From: Acaryochloris thomasi RCC1774
Lineage (GTDB): Bacteria; Cyanobacteriota; Cyanobacteriia; Thermosynechococcales; Thermosynechococcaceae
Length of the DNA stretch: 32,000 nt
Reading direction: 5' to 3'
NCBI RefSeq assembly: GCF_003231495.1
Contig: NZ_PQWO01000006.1
Span: forward strand, 180,001 to 212,000
Notes under the pieces: model-generated
Seen by the model: only the letters and a program-made list of their open reading frames with translations
Databases searched by the model: none
Told to the model about the DNA's origin: nothing
In this document: positions 18,290-27,425 of the stretch, piece after piece
How the letters are laid out: each line of letters begins with the position of its first letter
How positions within the stretch are numbered: position 1 is the first letter of the stretch
Made by a program: the position numbers and the translations under genes

Positions 18290-19795
18290 ATGAGGGATGC
18301 TATTAGGGGAGATTTTTTTGTGTTACCCGTTGTCGTAAAGCGTTTCTTGAATCCAGCGTTCTGGGTCGTTGTCAGTGTTGTTATTGCGGGCTTGCTGGTT
18401 GGCGTGATTGCTGGCACTTCCCCTTCTTTGCTTGTTGCTGCGCTTGCGGCTCCCTTTCTGCTAGCCTATTTTTTTTGGGATTTTGAGCGAGCTGTCATTG
18501 GCTTATTGCTCATACGCAGTTCATTAGATACTTTCTCTGAGGGAGGAATTCCTGCTGCTTATGCCATAGGTTTAGACGCACTGACGCTGATTTATATCAC
18601 TGTGCAATTGCTGACGGGGCGTCCTGTCAAAACTGACTGGTTTTGGTGGTGCTTGGCAGGGTGGGTCGCATTCCATGGCTTATGGTTGATTTTTCTGCCT
18701 CTAGGAGGATTAGGATTCGATGCTGATCCTTCTCTTCTAAGGATCAGCCTGCGGGAGTGGGTTCGCTGGTTTACGCTTGCGATGGTTTACTTGCTTGTCA
18801 TGCAGCTCAAGGACAGAGTGCATCCGAGCAAAGCACTCTCTCTCATGTTTTTTTCCTTGATTCCGCCTGTTACCTTCGGTCTAGTCCAGTTACTTGCGCC
18901 ATCAAGTTTACCTGAAGAGCTAGTTAGGACGGGGCGAGGAGGGCAGTCTGCCCAACTGGCTGCACAGGGAATCGATATCTCTCGGATCAATGGGACATTT
19001 GGTCACCCAAATACTTTTGCCCTTTATCTAATACTATTTATTGCTTTAGCCTGGTGGAAAACAAACCAATCAAAAAAACGCTGGCCTTGGTTAGCGCTCA
19101 TGTTTTTACTAACGTTTGTTCTTGTCGGGACCAAGGCTTTAGGCGCATTAATAATGTTCTCTATCTTTATCCTGATTCAAGCCTTGACAAAGATCGATCC
19201 GCCGAAACTTTTCGCAAGTGGAATTTTTCTAGTCATTGCGATAGCCTTGTTCGGAAGTACAGAATTTGGGCAAGCCCGTTTACTAGAAATTTCTGAAACG
19301 CCATTACTCAATCCAGAGATTGATGTATCGAGGGCCATTCTGATGCGAGGGAATAGCTTTAACTGGAGAATAGCTCAATGGGTAGATGTTTTAGGTGCAT
19401 GGCGAGAACACCCATTTTTGGGTTTCGGCCTGGATTTAAGTCAATTTATCCCTAAGGAAAATAATTTAGCCCCTCATAACGACTATATCAGAGCGTTAGT
19501 TGAGACGGGATTGCTGGGGCTAGCTGGTTTGCTTACGTTCCTAGCTCTACAGCTCACACGTTTATTAGCTTTACTCAAAGGCTCTCAAGGGCAATCTCAG
19601 CGTAACTTATGCTCGGGATTATTTGCGATTGGTGTCGCCATATGTGTTGGCATGCTTGCCGACAATGTATTGAGTGCTACGCCTTTCTGGCTATATTTCT
19701 GGTCTGTAATGGCGATGGCGGGCTGGGACTGGGGAGACCCACAAAATCCTCAAGATGCTGGTGATATAGATTCGCGAACAATAGAGAAGAGCTAA
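18290..19795 (+). CDS. O-antigen ligase/polymerase family membrane protein (Wzy-like)
   Basis: 501 aa and highly hydrophobic with many predicted TM segments. The Wzy_C-type block NLAPHNDYIRALVETGLLGLAG is present. It sits directly after the Wzc-like gene. Confidence 0.7.
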   Translation: MRDAIRGDFFVLPVVVKRFLNPAFWVVVSVVIAGLLVGVIAGTSPSLLVAALAAPFLLAYFFWDFERAVIGLLLIRSSLDTFSEGGIPAAYAIGLDALTLIYITVQLLTGRPVKTDWFWWCLAGWVAFHGLWLIFLPLGGLGFDADPSLLRISLREWVRWFTLAMVYLLVMQLKDRVHPSKALSLMFFSLIPPVTFGLVQLLAPSSLPEELVRTGRGGQSAQLAAQGIDISRINGTFGHPNTFALYLILFIALAWWKTNQSKKRWPWLALMFLLTFVLVGTKALGALIMFSIFILIQALTKIDPPKLFASGIFLVIAIALFGSTEFGQARLLEISETPLLNPEIDVSRAILMRGNSFNWRIAQWVDVLGAWREHPFLGFGLDLSQFIPKENNLAPHNDYIRALVETGLLGLAGLLTFLALQLTRLLALLKGSQGQSQRNLCSGLFAIGVAICVGMLADNVLSATPFWLYFWSVMAMAGWDWGDPQNPQDAGDIDSRTIEKS

Positions 19796-19802
19796 GCTGA
19801 CG

Positions 19803-20591
19803 ATGAAAAAAGCAGGTTTCTGTGTATTGACGACGCAAAGGAGCGGCTCAACGTGGCTTGCTGAATTATTAGATAGCCATGAGCAGGTCACAATGTTCGG
19901 TGAGCTATTCTTTTGGCAGAGCAAAGAGGTGGAGATGAAAAATAGGGCTAGAAGGCTGAGCTCTGGCCATAATAAGAAAATTAGTATTGGTAAGTCTATG
20001 CTGACCTATAAGAGCTTCAAAGGCAACCGAAGAAGGCCTTGGTCTATTTTTCAATACATTGACCAGCTCAAATTATCTCCTGAACTCGGGGATATGGTGG
20101 GCTTCAAGCTCATGTATAATCAGCTGTTGCCAAGGCCAGAAATATTATTGAAGCTAGCGCTAGATGAATACAAAGTTATTCACCTAGTTCGACAAAACTA
20201 CCTCGATATTTTGATTTCAAAGGCTAGTATGAATCAAAATAGCGTTGTTCATGCAAAAGCCGAGGTTGCGCAAAAACCGGTGATCTTAGATGTATCCTCT
20301 TTGGTTAAGGATCTTTCGATACGAGAGGCGGCCACGCGGGCGGTCAGAAGTACCTTGCGTGCGTTGCCCAACCCTGTATTGGAAATCAGCTACGAAAAGC
20401 TGCAAAGTAGTAAAAATGATCTGCTTTCGTCAGTCATTGAGTTCTTAGGGTTACAGAGTCTAGATGTTGAGTTTGAAAGCGACCTGCGAAAGATAAGTAA
20501 AGGACTTTATCGTGAGAAGATAGCGAACTATGACCAGGTTTGTTGTGTATTGGAAGGTACAAGATTTCAGGCTTTGCTCAAGGATTTCTGA
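19803..20591 (+). CDS. PAPS-dependent sulfotransferase (type A)
   Basis: 262 aa. 5'-phosphosulfate-binding loop CVLTTQRSGSTWLAELL (19830-19856). 3'-phosphate-binding-like IHLVRQNYLDILIS. Starts 7 nt after the Wzy-like stop. Confidence 0.75.
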   Translation: MKKAGFCVLTTQRSGSTWLAELLDSHEQVTMFGELFFWQSKEVEMKNRARRLSSGHNKKISIGKSMLTYKSFKGNRRRPWSIFQYIDQLKLSPELGDMVGFKLMYNQLLPRPEILLKLALDEYKVIHLVRQNYLDILISKASMNQNSVVHAKAEVAQKPVILDVSSLVKDLSIREAATRAVRSTLRALPNPVLEISYEKLQSSKNDLLSSVIEFLGLQSLDVEFESDLRKISKGLYREKIANYDQVCCVLEGTRFQALLKDF

Positions 20592-20629
20592 CGTTCTTTT
20601 TTTTCATGCTGTGTCATGGATTTTGTGTT

Positions 20630-20637
20630 GCGATCGC
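20630..20637. repeat. HIP1 octamer GCGATCGC
   Basis: Exact match read in the sequence, in the spacer between the first sulfotransferase and the first GT2. Confidence 0.95.
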
Positions 20638-20693
20638 AAGCAATATTCCGATTTTTTCTATAGCTTATTTTCGCTAAATCCTAGTTGATTGGT

Positions 20694-21659
20694 ATGCCTA
20701 AAGTTTCGATCATTATCCCAGCCTATAACTCAATGGTTTTTTTGCCAGAAACCGTTGAATGCGTTCTGAGCCAAACCTTTAGCGACTTTGAGCTTTTGAT
20801 CGTCAACGATGGCAGTTCAGATAACATCATAGATTGGACTGCTCAACAAACCGATCCTCGTATTTGTTTGATTTCACAAGAAAATCGTGGGGCACCCATA
20901 GCTCGGAATACGGGCCTTGAACAGGCAAAAGGAGACTATATTGCCTTCCTAGACTCCGATGATCTATGGGATTCAACAAAGCTAGAGAAGCAAGTTTTGC
21001 TCTTAGATAAAAATCCAGACATCGGTGTTGCCTACGTCTGGACACGACTCATGGACCGGCATGGAAAACCGCTAGATCGGGTGTGGGCTTCAAAGGCGTC
21101 CGGGCATGTCTGGAAGCGCATTGCCGTGCAAGATAATATGATTGCTAGTGGCAGTGTTCCTTTGGTGCGTCGAGACTGCTTTAACGTTGTTGGAGGATTT
21201 GACCCTAACCTTCGGGGGCAGCAAGATTGGGATATGTGGGTCCGGCTCGCATCAAAGTATCGTTTTGGGTTGATCCCCGAAATCTTATCCTTTCATCGAC
21301 ACCATCAAAGCAGCATGTCGCGAAGCCGGAGCATGAACGATACAGAGAAATATTCTTTAGAGGTCATTGATAAAAACTTCAGCTCTGCTTCGCCTGACCT
21401 CGTGCATCTGAAACAGAAAAGCTATAGCTATTTTCGTATTGCTCAAGGCTATAGTTATGTTGATAATGGAGAGCCTCGTAAGGCTCTAGGATCCGTTGGC
21501 TCTGCCTTTTCTTTATACCCAAAGGCTGCTTTCTCTCTTTACTTTTTGCGTTTGCTGTTCGCCTCTTTAGTGACACTTCTCTTGGGCGTAGGTGGATATG
21601 AAAAAGTGAGATCCTATCTCCACTCTATTAAGCTCATGGCATTGGGGATTGGCTCGTAA
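20694..21659 (+). CDS. Glycosyltransferase family 2
   Basis: The track ORF starts at TTG 20685; ATG 20694 gives MPKVSIIIPAYN. Motifs LIVNDGSSDN and FLDSDDLW (DxD). Hydrophobic C-terminal tail. Confidence 0.85.
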   Translation: MPKVSIIIPAYNSMVFLPETVECVLSQTFSDFELLIVNDGSSDNIIDWTAQQTDPRICLISQENRGAPIARNTGLEQAKGDYIAFLDSDDLWDSTKLEKQVLLLDKNPDIGVAYVWTRLMDRHGKPLDRVWASKASGHVWKRIAVQDNMIASGSVPLVRRDCFNVVGGFDPNLRGQQDWDMWVRLASKYRFGLIPEILSFHRHHQSSMSRSRSMNDTEKYSLEVIDKNFSSASPDLVHLKQKSYSYFRIAQGYSYVDNGEPRKALGSVGSAFSLYPKAAFSLYFLRLLFASLVTLLLGVGGYEKVRSYLHSIKLMALGIGS

Positions 21660-21696
21660 ACTAAAATGGTCTATATATCACGATTAGTCTCAAGAG

Positions 21697-22716
21697 ATGC
21701 TACCCCCTCTGTCTCTCAACCGTTCTCAAAGCCTCGTTTCTGTGAATAGAAAAATACCAGCAGTCTCAGTCGTGGTGCCCGCCTACAACTCGATGGAGTA
21801 TTTGCCAGAAACAATCTCTAGCTTACTGGCGCAGAGCTATACAGACTTTGAAGTCATCATCGTTAACGACGGCAGTACCGACAATACCCAAGAATGGGGA
21901 TCGCAAATTCAGGACTCAAGGGTTGTTCTCATTTCACAGGAAAATCGAGGTTTATCTGGAGCTAGGAACACCGGCATCTGCCATGCAAAGGGGCAGTACA
22001 TCGCATTTCTCGATGCCGATGATCTTTGGCATCCCAGCAAACTGAAGAAGCAAGTACAGGAGCTAGACAATAACGCCAGTGCAGGGCTGGTTTACTCCTG
22101 GGTGTCTTATATTGATGATCAAGGCCGATCTACAGGGAAATGTCTGCGGAATTCAGAAACAGGGATGATTTGGGACACGCTGATTCAACACAACATTGTT
22201 GAATGTGGCAGTGTTGCTATGGTTCGACGAGAGTGTTTCGATCAATGCGGTCTGTTTGATGAAGCCTTGAAATCTGCAGTGGAAGACTGGGATATGTGGT
22301 TGCGAATTGCGGCTCAGTATCCGTTTGCGGTGGTCAAAGAAGCCCTAACCTACTATCGTCAGCACCCTGGTGGTGCTTCAAAAGACTGGAAGTCAATGGA
22401 GCGCAGTTATCAAGTTGTCATTGAGAAAGCTTTCTCTACGGCTCCAGCAGCCGTTCAGTCCTTAAAGGATGAAAGTTGTGGTTATGCTAATTTGAAACTA
22501 GCGTGGAAACCCCTACAGGCAAAGGAGAAAGATTGCAAACAGGCCATTGAATACCAAAAACGCGCCGCACATCTCTATCCACCCCTGAAATATACAAAAG
22601 AGTATGCACGCTTGAGTATCGCAATTTTTTTAATGCGAACGTTAGGTCCAACCCTATATAGAAATGTTTTAGATACCGTTCGCTCAATCAAAGGGTGGAT
22701 GGTAGGTACATCATAA
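21697..22716 (+). CDS. Glycosyltransferase family 2 (paralogue of the preceding gene)
   Basis: 339 aa with VSVVVPAYNSMEYLPET, IIVNDGSTDN and FLDADDLW. By hand alignment about 58% identical (65 of about 112 positions) to the N-terminal catalytic region of 20694-21659. Confidence 0.85.
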   Translation: MLPPLSLNRSQSLVSVNRKIPAVSVVVPAYNSMEYLPETISSLLAQSYTDFEVIIVNDGSTDNTQEWGSQIQDSRVVLISQENRGLSGARNTGICHAKGQYIAFLDADDLWHPSKLKKQVQELDNNASAGLVYSWVSYIDDQGRSTGKCLRNSETGMIWDTLIQHNIVECGSVAMVRRECFDQCGLFDEALKSAVEDWDMWLRIAAQYPFAVVKEALTYYRQHPGGASKDWKSMERSYQVVIEKAFSTAPAAVQSLKDESCGYANLKLAWKPLQAKEKDCKQAIEYQKRAAHLYPPLKYTKEYARLSIAIFLMRTLGPTLYRNVLDTVRSIKGWMVGTS

Positions 22717-22803
22717 AAGTCTTTTCTAATCTGCATGAATCTGAACGGACTCTGCAGCTTGAGGTACTTGCGTCGCCAATGATGTCCAAATTTTGCTTAG
22801 CCT

Positions 22804-23913
22804 ATGATTCTTTCTAGCTCCACAAACGTTCAAATCGAATCTAAGCATCTCCAGATAGGATTTGTCCCCTTCATTACTTCCAACTCATATCAGACGCAGT
22901 TGACCGAACAGTTGACCCAATTGGGTGTTCGCGTGTTCGCGCTTGATGGAGGTGACTACTTTCTTCCTTGGGTTGCTTGGAGAATGAATCTGAAGGTCGT
23001 ACATATTCACTGGTTAGATACATTTTATTGGGGGAAAAATACCTTTAGATCTTATCTAAAACTATCTCTTTTTATTGCTGGATTGATTTTTCTGAAGCTA
23101 ACTGGAATTAAAATCGTGTGGACAGTCCATAATCTAAAGCGACACGAGTGCCTAAATCCCAGGCTAGAAAAAATTTGTACTTCGGCTGTCGCCAAATTTT
23201 CTCATCGGCTGATTGTACACTGCGATATTGCAAAGACAAAAATAACTGAGTCTTTTCCCTTCATGCCGAGTGAAAAAGTCGTTGTTGTTCCCCACGGCAA
23301 TTACATTGGTCAATATGACAACAAGATTAAAAAAAAAGAAGCTCGAAAAGTCCTAGGTATCTCTGATTCCAGCTTTGTTTTTCTCTTTCTAGGTCAAGTA
23401 AGAGCTTATAAGGGAATCATAGATTTAATAGAGGCCTTTAAACAGCTTGATGAGGCTGAAAATACGACTTTACTGATCGCCGGCAAGGTCGTTAAGGATT
23501 CTGTGGGTAAAGATATTCAGGCGCATGTTGGCGATTCGAACAAGATCTATTTGAACTTAGCGAATATTAAAGATGAAGAAATTCAGCTCTATATGAACTG
23601 TGCCGATATCGTTGTTTTCCCTTATAAAAATGTTTTGACATCGGGGGCCGTTATTTTAGCGATGTCTTTCGCAAAGCCCTGTATTGCTTCTAAAGTAGGC
23701 TGTATTGAGAATACACTTGATAGTGATGGTGCTTACTTGTATGAATCTGACGATCCGAGCGGTTTGCTCACCGCGCTGCAAGCCGCGCTACAGGAGAGAA
23801 CTCGGATGTCTGAGATGGGGCAACACAATTACGTAACGGTCAAACAGTGGGATTGGAGCATTCTTGCCAAAGACACCCATGCCGTCTACCTAGACTCTGT
23901 GAAAAAGAGATAA
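22804..23913 (+). CDS. GT-B fold glycosyltransferase (GT4/GT1-like)
   Basis: 369 aa. N-terminal VHIHW...WTVHNLKRHE block. C-terminal half with FLFLGQVRAYKGI and a Rossmann-like VVFPYKNVLTSGAVILAMSFAKPCIAS. Confidence 0.65.
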   Translation: MILSSSTNVQIESKHLQIGFVPFITSNSYQTQLTEQLTQLGVRVFALDGGDYFLPWVAWRMNLKVVHIHWLDTFYWGKNTFRSYLKLSLFIAGLIFLKLTGIKIVWTVHNLKRHECLNPRLEKICTSAVAKFSHRLIVHCDIAKTKITESFPFMPSEKVVVVPHGNYIGQYDNKIKKKEARKVLGISDSSFVFLFLGQVRAYKGIIDLIEAFKQLDEAENTTLLIAGKVVKDSVGKDIQAHVGDSNKIYLNLANIKDEEIQLYMNCADIVVFPYKNVLTSGAVILAMSFAKPCIASKVGCIENTLDSDGAYLYESDDPSGLLTALQAALQERTRMSEMGQHNYVTVKQWDWSILAKDTHAVYLDSVKKR

Positions 23914-24048
23914 ACTTCACATAGATAAGCTGTAGATACCGAAAAGCTCTATGAGTGGCTAAAGTATTGCGTCGGGCCTTTGTTGTAGAGAGGCAATCCT
24001 AAGCTTTATCTTTTTAGTATGCTGTTTCTCCTTTATACCTCATTCTAA

Positions 24049-24846
24049 ATGCCATCATTAAGGAATATATATCTAGGCTGCCGTCAGTTTTTAGGTCCAA
24101 ATACACAGGAAAAAATTGCATTTATACATATCCCTAAATGTGGTGGATCCTCAGTGAATCATGCAATTCGCAGAAGCTTTGGATTGTCTGAGTACTACTT
24201 CAAAAAGAATAGATTTGAGCTAGAGAGTGGTTCCTCTTTAAGAGCATCACTAATTGTAGAGGACGATCTGATGGCTTATCGAGAAAAACTGCTCTTATAT
24301 TATTTGTCAAGTCATAACTGCAGATATATTAGCGGACATTTTGACTATGCTTCAAATGCCTTCGATGAATTTAAGGATGCGTGGAGCTTCATTACAATTT
24401 TGCGTGAGCCCATATCTAAGTGGTTCTCGCAATACTTCTATAATCGCAACAAAAATTTTGGCACTTTTCAAATTGAAGCGACTTTAGACGAGTTTCTCGA
24501 CTCAGAGGAGGGGATTGCTCTGGGAGGAGATTATGTGCGCAAGTTCTCAGGCTTAAGGGGGAGCGATGTCCATCTGAATTGTGACGCTGTCGAGCGTGCT
24601 GTCAGCAACCTGGATAACTTTGCTCTTGTGGGTTTTTTAGAACATCTTGATCGGTTTGTTGATGACTTTGAAGATCTGTTTAACGTGCGTCTTTTTATTA
24701 CAAAAGGGAATGTTAGCCCTGTTGTTAAGTCAAAGCAAAAGCAGCTTGTGACAGATGCACATCGAAAGAGGGTCGAAGAAATTTGTCAGCCGGATACGCT
24801 AGTCTACCAAGCCGCACTGAAGAAGATGGGGTTACTTGAGGCCTGA
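24049..24846 (+). CDS. Sulfotransferase family 2-like protein (type B)
   Basis: 265 aa. FIHIPKCGGSSVNHAI (24127-24153) matches the HxPKxGG(T/S)S 5'-PSB signature. ITILREPISKWFSQY resembles the 3'-PB region. Confidence 0.7.
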   Translation: MPSLRNIYLGCRQFLGPNTQEKIAFIHIPKCGGSSVNHAIRRSFGLSEYYFKKNRFELESGSSLRASLIVEDDLMAYREKLLLYYLSSHNCRYISGHFDYASNAFDEFKDAWSFITILREPISKWFSQYFYNRNKNFGTFQIEATLDEFLDSEEGIALGGDYVRKFSGLRGSDVHLNCDAVERAVSNLDNFALVGFLEHLDRFVDDFEDLFNVRLFITKGNVSPVVKSKQKQLVTDAHRKRVEEICQPDTLVYQAALKKMGLLEA

Positions 24847-24851
24847 TCCAA

Positions 24852-25829
24852 ATGAAGCAATATATTCCTACAGGCTTAAAGCAGCATCTGCGCAAAACGT
24901 TGCGCAAGGTCAAGCCTGTGATCTGGACAAATCTGGGGCCGGTGAGCTGGCGGTTGGCGCGCTCATCTCCTCTGGCATCACCGCCGGTACTAATTTTATC
25001 TTTGCCCCGTAGCGGTTCGAGCTGGGTCGGTGAGATTTTGGGACAATCAGAGTCGTCACTTTATCTCCATGAACCGATTACCCAAACGTATCTTGATCAA
25101 AATGTTGAGGCCGGTCCGAGCTTTTTTGAAATTGACGCCAATAATTTACCCATAGGCTATCGGTTCGCTGCTGATGCGGCTTTCCTCGGTTTACCTATTT
25201 TCCACCATGTGATCGTAAAGTCCCCTTCGCAGTGGATGTGGCGGCAGAACCGTCAGCATCAGCGAGCATTGATCAAAGAGGTTAATCCCTTTGCTCTTCA
25301 ATGGTGTATCGATGAATATAAACCTCGAATCATCTATCTTGTTCGCCATCCGGTGTCTGTGGCTAACAGCTTTTCCCGCATGGGATGGACTGGCAAGCAA
25401 TTTGAGAGTCGGCTCTCTCCGCAAACGTTATCTACGCTGCATCCAAACTACCAAAATTTTACTCACTCTTTCTGGGCTGAGATGGGTGCGCTACAGGCGG
25501 TTACTTTAAATCGGTCGCTTGAGATTCTGCAGAAGTATGACGACTTTACTGTGGTGGAGTATGAGGAGATTTGCGCTGATCCTTTGACTACCTTTCGTCA
25601 GCTTTATAATTTTGCGGGTCTGCAGTGGCAGCAGGCGATAGAGGACCGCATCCTCTCAAAGAGCAATGCTTCTAATCAAAATCGAACCCAGACATACTCT
25701 ACCTCCCGCTCTAGCAATGCGATGATTAATTCTTGGAAAGGTGAAGTTTCTGAGGGTGTGATCGCAGAGGTCAGAGATGCTTACTGCGCTTATAACCCTC
25801 CCTACTATGCTGCGGCTGACGACTGGTAG
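24852..25829 (+). CDS. PAPS-dependent sulfotransferase (type C)
   Basis: 325 aa with LILSLPRSGSSWVGEIL (25005-25025) and IIYLVRHPVSVANSF. Starts 5 nt after the preceding stop. Confidence 0.75.
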   Translation: MKQYIPTGLKQHLRKTLRKVKPVIWTNLGPVSWRLARSSPLASPPVLILSLPRSGSSWVGEILGQSESSLYLHEPITQTYLDQNVEAGPSFFEIDANNLPIGYRFAADAAFLGLPIFHHVIVKSPSQWMWRQNRQHQRALIKEVNPFALQWCIDEYKPRIIYLVRHPVSVANSFSRMGWTGKQFESRLSPQTLSTLHPNYQNFTHSFWAEMGALQAVTLNRSLEILQKYDDFTVVEYEEICADPLTTFRQLYNFAGLQWQQAIEDRILSKSNASNQNRTQTYSTSRSSNAMINSWKGEVSEGVIAEVRDAYCAYNPPYYAAADDW

Positions 25830-26508
25830 GCGGAGGCTAATCAGTGGTTTTGATGGGTTGCGATCTCAACCAAAATATTTCGAGCCGCTTTGATCTCGCT
25901 ATTCTTGATTTCCCAAGAGTTTAAGATCCTACTAAATTTCGCCCCTTGACCAACCCATCTATATCAAAGAGCAGGCATATTTTTAGAGACAGGTATTGCA
26001 ACTACTACCAAGACAGCGGAGAAACGTTACAGCTCATCGGATTAGACTGAAATGTGTCCACTATTCTTCTACTGCACCTAACATAACAGCGCTCGTTTAT
26101 CGCTGAACGTCTTTACTAATGCTCCTAATCCAGGCTACATTAATCTTAATAGGGGGTAGAGATTGAAGGGTAGAATTAAGTTCATATAAAATTTCTGCTT
26201 AGCTTGATGAGGTTTGTTGAATTACGATATTGACGATTGTATCAGAGTTTATTGTCTGAACTTAGTGTTTAGTAAAACTAAACGTTTCGTTCTGATTATT
26301 CCAAAGAGATCTTGTTTCTATTTCTTTCTATGTCTTTGTATTGTTTCGAGATTTGATAGTCTGTATCACACCGGAACCTTGCTTGCTTCAAAATTTTTAA
26401 TAGGCTTGCTTAGAGTATGTTTGGGGCAAGCCTCCGAATTATAGTTGAGCCTTCAGACGACAGCTCAAGTCAATATTTAGAGAGTAAGCACTAAATTAGG
26501 TAACTATT

Positions 26509-27282
26509 ATGAAAGCTGTAATACTGGCCGGAGGACTAGGTACTCGCCTGAGTGAAGAGACCAGCATTAAACCAAAGCCTATGGTTGAAGTTGGTGGCAT
26601 GCCTATCCTTTGGCACATAATGAAAATTTACTCAGCCCATGATATTAACGACTTCATTATTTGTTGTGGCTATAAAGGTTACGTTATTAAAGAATTTATC
26701 TCCAGTTATTTCCTCCGTGTGTCAGACGTAACCTTCGACATGCGAGATAACCAAATGACAGTGCACAATGGTAACGCTGAACCTTGGCGTGTCACCTTAA
26801 TTGATACGGGTGAGTTGACCATGACTGGCGGACGTCTCAAGCGAGTCAAAGAACACATCGGTGATGGCACGTTTTGCTTTACCTACGGTGATGGCGTTGC
26901 TGACATCAATATTTCAGACCTAGTCAGATTTCATCGATCACAGCAAACATTAGCGACTTTGACTGCCGTGCAGCCGCCAGGACGATTTGGGGCGATATCT
27001 CTAGGTGAAGAACAGACAATTATTGACAACTTTCAAGAAAAGCCCGAAGGGGATGGTGCCTGGATCAATGGCGGGTACTTTGTACTCGAGCCACAGGTCA
27101 TCGACTTTATAGCAGACGACACGACCGTTTGGGAGCAGGATCCCTTGAAGAAGTTAGCTCAGAAAAAGCAATTAGCAGCATATAAACACGATGGCTTTTG
27201 GCAGCCGATGGATACTTTAAGAGATAAGCGCGTCCTCGAAGACCTGTGGAGAAATGAAAAAGCCCCGTGGAAAGTTTGGTAA
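26509..27282 (+). CDS. rfbF: Glucose-1-phosphate cytidylyltransferase
   Basis: 257 aa, near-colinear with enterobacterial RfbF as I remember it: MKAVILAGGLGTRLSEETSIKPKPMVE.GG.PILWHIMKIYSAH.INDFIICCGYKGYVIKE, MTGGRLKRV, FTYGDGVAD, PPGRFGA, FQEKPEGDGAWINGGYFVLEP, GFWQPMDTLRDK, APWKVW. Confidence 0.92.
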   Translation: MKAVILAGGLGTRLSEETSIKPKPMVEVGGMPILWHIMKIYSAHDINDFIICCGYKGYVIKEFISSYFLRVSDVTFDMRDNQMTVHNGNAEPWRVTLIDTGELTMTGGRLKRVKEHIGDGTFCFTYGDGVADINISDLVRFHRSQQTLATLTAVQPPGRFGAISLGEEQTIIDNFQEKPEGDGAWINGGYFVLEPQVIDFIADDTTVWEQDPLKKLAQKKQLAAYKHDGFWQPMDTLRDKRVLEDLWRNEKAPWKVW

Positions 27283-27425
27283 AATAACGGCGGGTAAAGG
27301 TCTACCTAGTTTTCTCAAACTTATGAATAAGTAGCATAGCAAACATGATGATGGCTGACTTTCTTGGCCCCATCTATTGATTATCCAGAAATATTTCTCT
27401 CTTCGTCTCAATACAGGTATGACTC

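Noticed and set aside
5679-25509. Nested or antisense track ORFs of 60-115 aa inside larger genes, for example 5679-5864, 7317-7644, 9012-9245, 10905-11501, 13522-13873, 17709-18176, 21379-21576 and 25191-25509.
   Set aside because: Each is fully contained in a longer ORF that carries clear family motifs. None has motifs of its own, so they are most simply chance open frames.
26214-26444. A 76-aa track ORF in the spacer upstream of rfbF.
   Set aside because: It starts at TTG, lies in AT-rich DNA where open frames arise easily, and has a Phe/Leu/Cys-rich low-complexity translation. I saw no ribosome-binding site.
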